Origin: a virus
DNA length: 64,000 nt
Reading direction: 5' to 3' (one strand)
Virus record (IMG/VR): IMGVR_UViG_3300050821_004478
The position numbers were made by a program, and so were the translations under genes. This document shows, piece by piece, positions 37,539 to 46,997 of this stretch (position 1 is its first letter; each line of letters begins with the position of its first letter). Under the pieces are notes generated by a model that worked only from the letters and a program-made list of their open reading frames with translations, had not been told where the DNA came from and made no database searches.

Positions 37539-38320
37539 TAGTATTCATATCCGATAAGACAAAAGGTTACACCCGCACCTGTGGTTGTAGAACCAACGAC
37601 TGTGGACGACGCTATATGACTTATCGCAATCTGATTGCCTCCAGCAACTTCTAGTCCGTCCGGGAAATCCAGGCACACTGGTTCTGCGGTAAAACTTTGA
37701 TTATTTGCTCCCGGAGAAAGAGCATTGATAATAACAGGTGAGGCTACAGTTATTCCGGAGGCGGCTACTCGTACTCTAGCACGCGTTGCAATCTGCGTGT
37801 TATTAGCCGGAATTCCGGCAAGAGTAAGTTGCTGTATACGTAAAGTCTTGCCTGCCGTCACCGTGTAGGAAGTAGCAGTTGCCTGTGCAACATTTCCTTT
37901 AGTAATATTCAACGTTGCCAGTGCTTCCGTTGTAATAGCAGAAATGGAGTCAACATATAAAGTGACTTGGGTACGACCCGAATCCTTTACTTCTCGAACC
38001 GCCATTGCCTGGGCGGGGGAGGCAGATATTGATGCACCGCTGTTGTACGCGAGATCGAATTGAAAGACTCCGGAAACGCCATTTCCAAGAGCGGAAGTTA
38101 AAGTTATGGTGATATTTCCGTTAGCGTCGACCGTCGCTGACGTAACAGGAACCGGAGGATTGTTTGCAAAAACAGATGAAGGGGGCACGCCTGCCGCAGC
38201 AAATGGATTTGCAGGACTGCCGCCAACCTGATACAGGTTGACTAGCGCAAATGTAAAGACGGTTGCAACTCCGTCACCTTGTAAAACAACTGAAACAGGA
38301 ATTACTTGCTGGATTGCCAT
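37538..38320 (-). CDS. fibre/decoration-like protein sharing an N-terminal anchor with the 501-aa protein
   Basis: MAIQQVIPVSVVLQGDGVATVFTF compares with MSIQQAVPLTIVLVGDGVSLAFTF in the 501-aa protein. Confidence 0.5.
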   Translation of the reverse strand: MAIQQVIPVSVVLQGDGVATVFTFALVNLYQVGGSPANPFAAAGVPPSSVFANNPPVPVTSATVDANGNITITLTSALGNGVSGVFQFDLAYNSGASISASPAQAMAVREVKDSGRTQVTLYVDSISAITTEALATLNITKGNVAQATATSYTVTAGKTLRIQQLTLAGIPANNTQIATRARVRVAASGITVASPVIINALSPGANNQSFTAEPVCLDFPDGLEVAGGNQIAISHIASSTVVGSTTTGAGVTFCLIGYEY

Positions 38321-38329
38321 TTTTATTCC

Positions 38330-39835
38330 TTAACGAAGTTCTTCCCAAGTAAATGCTGCGCTGGCTGAAGTGGCTCCAGACGGCACGGTTGTCACAACAA
38401 CACTGATGATATCTTGAACTGTGCCAGTGATGTCCAATGTAAACGGATATCGACAAACCGGGTTGATCTGAGCAATTTCGTCGGTGGATGCATAACCTGT
38501 TTTGTAGATTGTTCCACCCGCTATCGAGGTAGCACTGGTGTCTTTTTCTACGGCGCTGTTCGAGTCCACGGAAGAAAACGCAGACCCGGTCAAGACACCG
38601 TTGTACACCAACTCGTATTCCAAATCTTTCTGGTTCGACAAGATAACCAAGTCGGATAAGAAAATTCTGGTTCTGTTGGTCTGACCGGCGAATAGCAACT
38701 TCGGACGAATACTCAAGATGGGACGACGGGTAGTTACCGAAGTAACTGTTGCTCCTGTTGACGCGCCGAAGTTTAGTAGCAAAGGTTTTTCTTGTCCACC
38801 TTCGCTAACGACTGAGATACAGATAACCTTCATCGTATCCGCAGACACAGGAACTCCGGTATTTGTTATCTCTGCACGAACCGGTAGGCAGGCCGTGTTC
38901 ATGTAAGGGCCAACCAAAGAGTTTGACAACGGCATAGAGTGTATAAACGTGTACACGCCGTTTATGAAGAAACCAAATCTTACCCTTCCTGCACCAAGCC
39001 ACTGAAAGTCGATGACGAATACCTGGGACTTAGAGAAGTCTACCGTAACGCCAGAAGAGCCGGTGCCATCAACCTTATCGATGTTCCAACTTGCCTGAGG
39101 CACTCTTGTTTCTACGATAGAGCCGGATGCGTTGCTACGCAGAACCAGAGCTACTCCGGTTGCACCACTCATCTCGAAGAAGATTCCATTGTTGGCGTCA
39201 AAGTAGCCTAGTCGCTGTCTCGCATTAGTTAGCGCAGAATTTAACACAGCGCTTATCAAAATCAATTGAGACTTTCCCGGCTCGTATGCGAAGTATTCCT
39301 TAGTCTGAGCGATGGCCTGCGCATTCGCTACGGTACCACCCGTGCTAAGCGTTAGAGAAGATTCATTTGTAGTCTTGACAGTGCTGCCCGTTCCAACGTT
39401 TGCAAATTGCATAAACAACGGTTGGGTATCATACTGATACAAAAGTTGGAAGATGGTCGTAGGGTCCGCAACACGCATACGGCCAAAGGCGTCCGCGCTG
39501 CCCGCGCCTGGGGCAATGGTGGTAACTTTCAAAGCACTGTCGGATACCAAGATCGGATATGAACCGAGTAACAATCTCACTTCAAATGCTTTCGCTACGC
39601 CGGAAGCTATCGCAGAAACCGTTGTTATAGTAACATTACCGAAGGTATCCACTGATACGCTTGCCGGAACCGGAGGGCTAATCAGTTGCGCAGCTACCGG
39701 AATAATATTTGCGCCCAACGAAGAGGTATGGCTTAAGTTGTCCACTGGCGAACGAGTCGGTGGAAATGTGAAGGCCAGTGATACACCGTCACCAACCAGA
39801 ACGATAGTCAATGGGACTGCTTGCTGTATAGACAT
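38330..39835 (-). CDS. fibre/decoration-like structural protein
   Basis: 501 aa. Its N-terminus is paralogous to that of the 260-aa protein. Confidence 0.5.
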   Translation of the reverse strand: MSIQQAVPLTIVLVGDGVSLAFTFPPTRSPVDNLSHTSSLGANIIPVAAQLISPPVPASVSVDTFGNVTITTVSAIASGVAKAFEVRLLLGSYPILVSDSALKVTTIAPGAGSADAFGRMRVADPTTIFQLLYQYDTQPLFMQFANVGTGSTVKTTNESSLTLSTGGTVANAQAIAQTKEYFAYEPGKSQLILISAVLNSALTNARQRLGYFDANNGIFFEMSGATGVALVLRSNASGSIVETRVPQASWNIDKVDGTGSSGVTVDFSKSQVFVIDFQWLGAGRVRFGFFINGVYTFIHSMPLSNSLVGPYMNTACLPVRAEITNTGVPVSADTMKVICISVVSEGGQEKPLLLNFGASTGATVTSVTTRRPILSIRPKLLFAGQTNRTRIFLSDLVILSNQKDLEYELVYNGVLTGSAFSSVDSNSAVEKDTSATSIAGGTIYKTGYASTDEIAQINPVCRYPFTLDITGTVQDIISVVVTTVPSGATSASAAFTWEELR

Positions 39836-39836
39836 T

Positions 39837-41567
39837 TTATTCCTCGGTCCCGCAGACCGTGATTCTCACGTTTCCTGTTGCTAGGGCCGCGCTTAGATTG
39901 ATGTTAAGAACGTTGTTGGCTAGAGCACTTAAGAATCCATTTCCAATGTCAATCCATCCGGACGTATATCCGCCTAAAACAGTTGTAACCGCAGTTGTTG
40001 GAACAAAGGCATCAAAGGATAGACCTAACGCTGAAGAAGCATCCTGAAAGTTAAAGGTTATTACTCCTCCGGAAACCTGAGACGAGTTACTGGTTACGTC
40101 GATGATGAATCGCATCAAGCGAAACTTCTTACCTGATGTCGGAGTCCAGACGGCTGTGTTGCCGGATGCAGTTGCTTGAGCGGTTTTGAAAATGTTTGGA
40201 GTTCGAATAAAAACTGTTGCTGATTGTGTTGCGCTTGTAACAGCCATTTGGGCAGTAGCAACAGCGCCTGTAGCATTAGAACCAGGGCCTGAAAAACCTC
40301 TTATAGCCGTTGCATCTCCGGGGAACCCATCCGAAGAAAGAGTAATTTGATTCGCGCCCATACCGCTGCCTAAATTGGTTAGAGCGTTAACGAGTGCCGC
40401 TGTACCTGCAACAGTCTTACCTCCTACTATTACCGGGTTGGGGGCTGTAGTTAAGTACGCGCCTGCGGGAGCGACTGTTCCTTGTACGGTTAACTGTCCA
40501 CCTATGACTTGAAGAATCGACTGAAGACGAAAAGTTGTTTGTAGCACTGCGGTATTCGTATAAACAATTCTATAGAAGGCTCCGAGAACAGGAACAGTAA
40601 TCTGAAATGCACCGCCGCCATAAGTAATTGTTTGTACAATATCCCAATTTGTACCATCTTGGGACTGCTGAATTGAAACACCACCCGCAGCAGAACCGCC
40701 ACTTGCAAAAATTTGAATACAAATAGACTGATACGGAAGTACAGATTCGGATGTTCCTGTAAATACTCCGTTGCCAGCCAACGGTGTAGTGGTAGAATTT
40801 GCAGTAGATATGAAACTGTTCAACTGCATCTTCTCGCGCTGATTGCCTGCAAGATCAACAGAGAGTGCTACCTGGTCGCCTTCCGTCCATACCGGGGCCG
40901 CAGCATTAGCTATTGCAGGAAGGGTTCCAACATTCGTAGCACCTGGGGCTGCGTTGTTGTTTGTCTTGTTACCTGCGACGGTCTGCGTGCCGCTTGGCGT
41001 AATTGTAACAGTTCCGCTAACGGGTATCGCAGTGCCGCCGCCGACACCTTGAACAGTTACAACGCCAACAGATGGAACTCCTGCTGTACCGTCGAGAATT
41101 GCACCGGCATTACCGAGAATATCTACCTTACCGATGGTATTTGCGCCAGTCGGGAGAGCATTCGTAATCGCAGTCACAGCGGTGATTGTTCCGCTATCTA
41201 CTACGGTGTGAAGATTAGTTCCTGTTGGCTGAACGACCGTAACAGTAGATAATTCACCGGACACGATAGCAACGCTAAGAGGATTTCCCGCCGTTCCGAA
41301 CGCATTTGTTCCATCTGAAAGTTCAACCGGAAGCGGATTACTTAGTGCGGGAGGGCTGCCGTTCACGTCTGCAATGTTGACGTTAGTAGGAGCGCCGCCA
41401 CCGCCAGAGTTGACCGCAACGTTAACAAGTAGATTTCCGTGTGCGTCTGTTTGAAGGGGTGTACCCTGGCCGTCTACAAGAGTTTCTCCCGCAGCATTGT
41501 ATACGCCGCCGACTATCTCGGCTGTCGTAGGCTGCGAACTGTTAGGACCACTCTTAGGAGGTGCCAT
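39837..41567 (-). CDS. structural protein (Gly/Thr/Ala/Val-rich)
   Basis: 576-aa beta-rich ORF. RBS GAGGA. Confidence 0.5.
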   Translation of the reverse strand: MAPPKSGPNSSQPTTAEIVGGVYNAAGETLVDGQGTPLQTDAHGNLLVNVAVNSGGGGAPTNVNIADVNGSPPALSNPLPVELSDGTNAFGTAGNPLSVAIVSGELSTVTVVQPTGTNLHTVVDSGTITAVTAITNALPTGANTIGKVDILGNAGAILDGTAGVPSVGVVTVQGVGGGTAIPVSGTVTITPSGTQTVAGNKTNNNAAPGATNVGTLPAIANAAAPVWTEGDQVALSVDLAGNQREKMQLNSFISTANSTTTPLAGNGVFTGTSESVLPYQSICIQIFASGGSAAGGVSIQQSQDGTNWDIVQTITYGGGAFQITVPVLGAFYRIVYTNTAVLQTTFRLQSILQVIGGQLTVQGTVAPAGAYLTTAPNPVIVGGKTVAGTAALVNALTNLGSGMGANQITLSSDGFPGDATAIRGFSGPGSNATGAVATAQMAVTSATQSATVFIRTPNIFKTAQATASGNTAVWTPTSGKKFRLMRFIIDVTSNSSQVSGGVITFNFQDASSALGLSFDAFVPTTAVTTVLGGYTSGWIDIGNGFLSALANNVLNINLSAALATGNVRITVCGTEE

Positions 41568-41671
41568 AATTAAAATCCTCGCGCAGGAGAGGGCGCGTTA
41601 AAGTGTGGGGGGATGCAGCCGGGGGTGGATGCTTGGGAGGTTTTTGAGCTAGCTACTGTCGTCATTCTCTT

Positions 41672-41705
41672 CCTGAAAAGAAAGTGGGGCGAAATCCGTC
41701 GCCCC
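41672..41705 (-). terminator. rho-independent terminator
   Basis: Minus strand reads GGGGCG-ACGGATTT-CGCCCC followed by ACTTTCTTTTC, 20 nt after the 41726 gene's stop. Confidence 0.6.
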
Positions 41706-41725
41706 TCGGTACACGCCTGCGAAGA

Positions 41726-42289
41726 TTAAATCTGTAGATTCGGGGTCTCGGCCAATGCCTTACCAGTCTTAGTGCTCTCTGCTGATATGTGCGCGCCACC
41801 GAAACGCTCTGATGACGATGCCTTGTTGCTGGAGTCTTCGGCCATCTCTTGCGCTCTGCGCCAGCCGATGCCGGTCCAGTTCGGAATCTTGCTTCCGTTA
41901 CGGGTCAAATATTCGTCGGTGTCGCCTGGGAGCCAACGCGCGCCACATAACGTACACTTGATGACGATCTTACCATCTGTAAAGGTGTGGGGATAAACTG
42001 ACGGGTCGCGTTGCTGGCCTCGCGTGCGTCCCTTACCGCCTTTCAAATGCTTGCAATTCTTTTGATTCTCGATCTTCGCGATGGTGTAGTTCTCCGACTC
42101 TACGCGACGTTGCTTGTCGCGAGCCTGGAGCGCCACTTCCAACGCGGCTTCCTTCTCCGCGATGCGGGCTTCCTTCGCCATCATGATGCTGAGCAAGGCC
42201 ATGAACTTCGACTCGGAAAGATTCCCGGTTGCCTGGGCCTCGCGCAGAACTGCGTTTACATCAACTTCTGTTTTCTTTACGTCTGTCAT
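41726..42289 (-). CDS. hypothetical protein
   Basis: ORF with a likely start at the MTDVKK ATG (42289). A longer alternative extends to 42322. Confidence 0.5.
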   Translation of the reverse strand: MTDVKKTEVDVNAVLREAQATGNLSESKFMALLSIMMAKEARIAEKEAALEVALQARDKQRRVESENYTIAKIENQKNCKHLKGGKGRTRGQQRDPSVYPHTFTDGKIVIKCTLCGARWLPGDTDEYLTRNGSKIPNWTGIGWRRAQEMAEDSSNKASSSERFGGAHISAESTKTGKALAETPNLQI

Positions 42290-42386
42290 TTTACACCTTT
42301 GAGGTTGGCAAAACATCTTCAACCGCCCTGTACAGGCCCGGGGTCAGGCAGATTGTGTCAAGTTTTATTGCTAAAAAACTTGACAT

Positions 42387-43073
42387 CTATTGTCCGAGAA
42401 CTTCCTGATCTTCAAGGCTAGAGTAACATTTGCCGTTACGCTTTTCCCAAAGAGAGCGGAAATATCTTGCGGAGATTGCATTGGGTGATGGTACCCCAAA
42501 AATTTTGTGGCACTGTACTTCTGTGATGATCTCTTTCTCGACAAGTTGGATTGCTACCGTGCGCCAACCGCGCGACTCTTCCCCATCGGGAATGCCGTGG
42601 CTGTCTAGTTTCAGTACGCTCCACTCCCACATTGAGGGAACATCCATGAAACAGACTGCGCGTAATTTCTTAGATTGACCTGGGGGAGAACACCATAGTC
42701 CAACGGTCGGGATTCCGCCGCGCCCTATCCAGCCAACGTCTGTGATAACGGTCTTCAACCCGTTCGCGTGCAACTTGTCGACGAAATTTCGGGTACTGAT
42801 CTTGTTGATCTGGCGGGCCGCTTTGTTAGTCAGGTCTTCCTGATCGTCCCACTTGTAGGCCGCTGCCATTCGGTTCGAGATGTCTTTCTCGGCGGCGAAC
42901 GATTCCTTCACGAACGACTTGTAGTCGTTGGGCCACTTGACCCAATTCGGAGTGCCGTCCGCCAACATCTGGCGAATGGCTTGATGCGTCGCATCTACAT
43001 CGTGGTGCTCATTGAATGGATTCTCAACGTCGGGGCCTTTGATGAAAGGCTGGTCCGGAGTTTGGATGGTCAT
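42387..43073 (-). CDS. hypothetical protein
   Basis: 228-aa ORF immediately downstream of the GIY-YIG gene. Confidence 0.5.
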   Translation of the reverse strand: MTIQTPDQPFIKGPDVENPFNEHHDVDATHQAIRQMLADGTPNWVKWPNDYKSFVKESFAAEKDISNRMAAAYKWDDQEDLTNKAARQINKISTRNFVDKLHANGLKTVITDVGWIGRGGIPTVGLWCSPPGQSKKLRAVCFMDVPSMWEWSVLKLDSHGIPDGEESRGWRTVAIQLVEKEIITEVQCHKIFGVPSPNAISARYFRSLWEKRNGKCYSSLEDQEVLGQ

Positions 43074-43087
43074 TGGTATTGTCCTTT

Positions 43088-43684
43088 TTATTGTGCTGCT
43101 CGACGACGCTGCTGTGATGCTCTCATCTTCTGCTTCGTTTCTTCTGATGCCTTCTTGCCTTTGTGGGAATCGGACATTCGCTGGCGCGCTTCGTCAGTAC
43201 GTTTTGCGCCGACATGAACGGCCATCAGTTTCTGAAAATTGTCTTCGGACATCTTCCTACCGAGAGCGTATTTGTTACCCATGCTACGCTGAGATAACTT
43301 CTGTCGATGGCTCTCTGGCATCACCAGTCCGATACGAGACGCGGACATCTTGGCGCGGGTTTCTTTGCTCATCTTAACTCCCAGAGAGCCGTTCCCGCCG
43401 TGCGTAATGTTATACCCCTTCTTGGGGTCCGTGGTGTCCCATGATTTAATCAAGCCAATTTCGTACAGGTCCATCTCTTGCTTTGTTCCGACAATAACAA
43501 GAGGCTTCACCTCAAATCCGTCAGCGCCGTACTTTCGAATCGCGCGATAGAGAAGGCGCTTACCTTGATAGCCCGTTTCGGCTAACCAAACATTCCTGCG
43601 CCAATAGGACTCCAAATCTATACCGGCGTGTTGTCCAACGTATTTCTTGCCGTTCTTCTTGTTTGTAATCAAATAGACTATCAT
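43088..43684 (-). CDS. GIY-YIG homing endonuclease (I-TevI-like, NUMOD3-type repeats)
   Basis: Motif VYLITNKKNGKKYVGQ. Repeated ...E(T/A)R.KMS.S..G modules. Confidence 0.8.
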   Translation of the reverse strand: MIVYLITNKKNGKKYVGQHAGIDLESYWRRNVWLAETGYQGKRLLYRAIRKYGADGFEVKPLVIVGTKQEMDLYEIGLIKSWDTTDPKKGYNITHGGNGSLGVKMSKETRAKMSASRIGLVMPESHRQKLSQRSMGNKYALGRKMSEDNFQKLMAVHVGAKRTDEARQRMSDSHKGKKASEETKQKMRASQQRRRAAQ

Positions 43685-43742
43685 TTACTCTCCATGAAAG
43701 AGTGATTGAGGGGTGTGTTCATGGCACACCCCATCAATCTTA

Positions 43743-43771
43743 ACCTTAACGCGCGTTGCAACGCTTGTCAA
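43743..43771 (-). promoter_or_regulatory. sigma70-like promoter (TTGACA-N17-TAAGGT) with GTTGCAAC palindrome in spacer
   Basis: Minus strand reads TTGACA agcGTTGCAACgcgcgt TAAGGT, upstream of the GIY-YIG gene. Confidence 0.5.
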
Positions 43772-43774
43772 GGG

Positions 43775-44005
43775 AAAAGTTTTCACTCGTTACTGAATAG
43801 CAGGCCACTTGTTACCGCTTTCGCGGGGCCGGTCATTTCTGCCGACCTCTTACAGTTTTGTTTCCTGTAAGAGCAGACTATCGCATCGCCCCGAAGGGCG
43901 TTCGCTCGCTTAGTCGTTCACGGTGCCTTTCGGCTTCCGCCTTGTTAGCATTTCAGCTTCCAAGTCAATCAGAGCAAATTATCTACTAGCAGATTACGCT
44001 GCTAG
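43775..44005 (-). ncRNA. group I intron-like ribozyme core, copy A
   Basis: On the minus strand: P2 CTAGCAG/CTGCTAG; P3 TTGCTC/GAGCGA; R-like element GUGAACGACUAAGCGAG (43905-43921); P8 CGCCC-UUCG-GGGCG; S-like element GAUGCGAUAGUCUGCUC (43871-43887); three further hairpins. Confidence 0.6.
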
Positions 44006-44069
44006 GAGTCCATATTGAACGCTATCAATGTAACGAATACGCTGCGTGTTGACGCCAGTTGCGGGCGGC

Positions 44070-44312
44070 AAAGTCACGGTTTGGTGAAACTTGTAACTGC
44101 ACCCAATCTTGTTAACACTTTCGTGTACCGAATCATTTCTGTTCGGTTCATACGGTTTGTTTCCCGTATGTTCAGACTATTGCATCGACCTATTGTCAGA
44201 AGGTCGTTTTCTCGCTTAGTCGTTCACGGTGCCTTTCGGCTTCCGCCTCGTTGCCGTTTCAGGTTTCGAGTCAATCAGAGAAAATTTACTGTGGCCTATG
44301 CTGTTAAGCCAC
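44070..44312 (-). ncRNA. group I intron-like ribozyme core, copy B (overlaps 3' end of capsid ORF)
   Basis: On the minus strand: P2 GTGGC/GCCAC, containing the capsid stop codon; P3 TTTCTC/GAGAAA; an identical 37-nt core including the R element (44211-44227); S-like element GAUGCAAUAGUCUGAAC (44170-44186). All stems covary with copy A. Confidence 0.6.
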
Positions 44313-45231
44313 CGATGGTAGATACGGGGTCGAAGCTCGATGCCGGTGCGTCTGTGACCACTCGACAATCGATTGTCTTCCAATCGCCGTCATCGAGGTC
44401 TGTGTCGCCCGGGACCTGAAGCCACACACCGATCATCGCGTAATTGCCGAAGACGTATGTGCGGTAGCCGATCTTGCCGGTGCCGCTGTAGTTAGCGGTG
44501 GTTGTGACGAACGGAGTCTGCATGAAGCCGATGTTGGTGCCCGGTAGAACAATGACCTTGTTCTGGTCGCTGCCTGCCATCGCATCAAACTTCTCCATGT
44601 TCTCGTACTTCCACAAATCCGCGATGCTGTTGTTCACAGTCGTGGCGTTGTAGATGTCGCCCAACACGTTGGGGCTGATTGCGCCTAGGAACATACCGCG
44701 CTTGCAAGGCAACACGTTCTTTGAAACAAGCTGCTGCTTCAATTCACGGATGGTGCCAAGGTCAAGCGTGAAAGGTGACGCCAGCAAGCTGCTCTGGTTA
44801 ACCTGTGAGTCCACGCCGGACGCGCTGTCAGCAACTGCGCTGTACAGTTCGCTGATCGATTGCCCAGCTTGGTAGCCGAGTTCGACTGCGCTGTTGCCGA
44901 CCAACTCGTCAATCGCCGCTGCAATCGCGAACGAAGAAAAGTTGGCATAGTTGTTCCACTCACCGATCTGAGCCGGTGAGCTAAGCTGGCTGATGACTTC
45001 CGGGTTGCCCACGGTGCCGTCAGAATTCTGGATGATGTCACCAGATAGCGTGTTGTACTGGAAAAACGTACGGTTCACGCCCATGTGGAGACCCTGCACG
45101 CGACGTTCAGCAGCGCCAACGAATGCGTTGGTGTTGCCCTTCAAGTTCGGGATGAGTTCCTTATCGAAGATGATCGCTTGCGCGGTTAATACGTTTGCTA
45201 CGTTTGACCCTGATGGGTTCGGACCACTCAT
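44296..45231 (-). CDS. major capsid protein candidate; 3' end may be interrupted by a group I intron
   Basis: 311-aa ORF directly after the scaffold-like gene in a portal-scaffold-capsid order. The stop codon lies inside the P2 hairpin of intron-like copy B. Confidence 0.6.
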   Translation of the reverse strand: MSGPNPSGSNVANVLTAQAIIFDKELIPNLKGNTNAFVGAAERRVQGLHMGVNRTFFQYNTLSGDIIQNSDGTVGNPEVISQLSSPAQIGEWNNYANFSSFAIAAAIDELVGNSAVELGYQAGQSISELYSAVADSASGVDSQVNQSSLLASPFTLDLGTIRELKQQLVSKNVLPCKRGMFLGAISPNVLGDIYNATTVNNSIADLWKYENMEKFDAMAGSDQNKVIVLPGTNIGFMQTPFVTTTANYSGTGKIGYRTYVFGNYAMIGVWLQVPGDTDLDDGDWKTIDCRVVTDAPASSFDPVSTIGGLTA

Positions 45232-45274
45232 GGTAGTTCTCAGTCACAAGATCAGCGCGACGCGCTGGTCGACC

Positions 45275-46597
45275 TTATCGAATCTGGATACCGTAGGCTT
45301 GAAGTTGTTTGACGAATTGAGGGTCCGTCTTCAACTTAGCTCTCATTACTTTCGGGTCCATATCCTTTACGGTCTTTAGGAATTCCTTCCTCGCGAGTGC
45401 TGGGTCTGGCGTTCCCGGTCGTTGTGCGCTCAACGAACCCGGAGGCAAGCCTCCATTCACTCCCGGACGACGGGCGGGTACTGGCACATTAGGTGCCGCC
45501 GCAGACGTCGCTACCGTTGCTTCAACCACAGGCTGACTAGGCACTGCTGGCTGGGCTGCTACTATAGGTACTGGCACTGCAATTGGCGTTTCCGCGACCG
45601 GGATTACCGGGGGAGCGGGCGTTGCTGCAGTGGCTGCTGGGACCGGATTAGGGACCACAACAGCTTGTCTCGTTGCCACGGTTTCCACCTTGGCAAGTTT
45701 GTCACCCTGTTCCAAAAGGTCCTGAAACGCGGCCTCAAGGTTATCATGGGTAAGTTCAAGATTGTTCTCTACAAAATAATCATTCATTGCCTTCTTATTG
45801 GCATCGCACGGGTTATAGTCATGCAAGTGATGACGCATCCACTGGTTTGAAATGGCGCGGCCCGTTTCGTAGGCTTCTTTGTTCTTCAGTTCAGTTTCAC
45901 GCTTCTGATAACTGCTCTCGATGGTGGCGTGAATCACATCGGTGATCTTTGATGAATCCTTTTCTTCCAAAGCAACGCGCGCTGCTTCCGCGATTGCCTC
46001 TGGGGACAAAATTGTTTTCTCTTGCTTGAATGACAACTTCTGCTGTTTCAAGCGATGAAATGCGCGGGTCGCCTGGACGTGGACTTCTCGCTTCTTCGCT
46101 GCGAGTTCAACCAACGTGCGCGCTTCCAAGTGCGTCGGACGACCGATGTTTTTACCATCTTCTCCGGTAACTTGGTATTCTTCAATGTAACGGGTCGCTT
46201 TGCCTTGCGCGTCACGAACGATTGTTACGCCTGCGGCCAACCACTCTGCATCTTCCGCTTCGTGATTGTTGACTACCGGAACTGCTTTCGGAATATCGTC
46301 AGTTGGCATATCAGCGGGCAGTGGCGCATTCATCGCTATCGCTTCTGCTGTTGCCGCTGCCATCTTTGCGGCCTCTGCTGCGAGTTCTTCTGTTGATGGG
46401 GGAATCACACGATTCAACTGCGCATCAACTGCCTCTTCTCGGTTCTGGGCCTCCAACATCAACTCAGATACACGAGATGCAACCACACGATCTCGAAGGA
46501 GTGACTGCATATCCTTGGACGTGGTTGGGTCTTTCACGGCTGCTAGAATGGACTTCAAATCCATCTGCAGCACAACTTCGCGAGTGATTGCACTCAT
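45275..46597 (-). CDS. scaffolding protein candidate
   Basis: 440 aa, acidic and Ala-rich, helical. Lies between the portal and capsid genes. Confidence 0.55.
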   Translation of the reverse strand: MSAITREVVLQMDLKSILAAVKDPTTSKDMQSLLRDRVVASRVSELMLEAQNREEAVDAQLNRVIPPSTEELAAEAAKMAAATAEAIAMNAPLPADMPTDDIPKAVPVVNNHEAEDAEWLAAGVTIVRDAQGKATRYIEEYQVTGEDGKNIGRPTHLEARTLVELAAKKREVHVQATRAFHRLKQQKLSFKQEKTILSPEAIAEAARVALEEKDSSKITDVIHATIESSYQKRETELKNKEAYETGRAISNQWMRHHLHDYNPCDANKKAMNDYFVENNLELTHDNLEAAFQDLLEQGDKLAKVETVATRQAVVVPNPVPAATAATPAPPVIPVAETPIAVPVPIVAAQPAVPSQPVVEATVATSAAAPNVPVPARRPGVNGGLPPGSLSAQRPGTPDPALARKEFLKTVKDMDPKVMRAKLKTDPQFVKQLQAYGIQIR

Positions 46598-46616
46598 GTG
46601 GTATCCTTATTCGATT

Positions 46617-46997
46617 CTACTTCGTTCCCTGTTCGGGAGATTTTATCGGCATTTGGAAACGCGGTTTTGGTGTTGCCACCAATTCCGGATTTTCCCTCTG
46701 CTGTGCTTCTGCTACTGCGGTGCGTTGGTGCAACTTGACAGAGTCAAGCACTTCTGCGGAGAACTTGTTCATCGCGCGAGCCGTCGTCTGCAATCCCATT
46801 AACTGTTCTGGGTAACGTTCGATACTCGGATTCAGTTTGATGACTGCCTCAGTTGCTGTGCGACAAGATTCCGCCATCAATCGAACTAAGACTTTCCATC
46901 CCGGTTGATTCACGAGTTGTGCGAGCGAGATGCGCTCTTCGAATGTTAGGTTCTCACCCAACACCTTACGGCCTTCATCGGACATTGTATACTCCAC
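46617..46997 (-). CDS. hypothetical protein
   Basis: 126-aa ORF between the portal and scaffold genes. Confidence 0.5.
   Translation of the reverse strand: MEYTMSDEGRKVLGENLTFEERISLAQLVNQPGWKVLVRLMAESCRTATEAVIKLNPSIERYPEQLMGLQTTARAMNKFSAEVLDSVKLHQRTAVAEAQQRENPELVATPKPRFQMPIKSPEQGTK

Noticed and set aside
44015-44419. 134-aa plus-strand ORF
   Set aside because: It runs antisense through both intron-like RNA cores and the capsid 3' end. It has no RBS, and the region is better explained as structured RNA.
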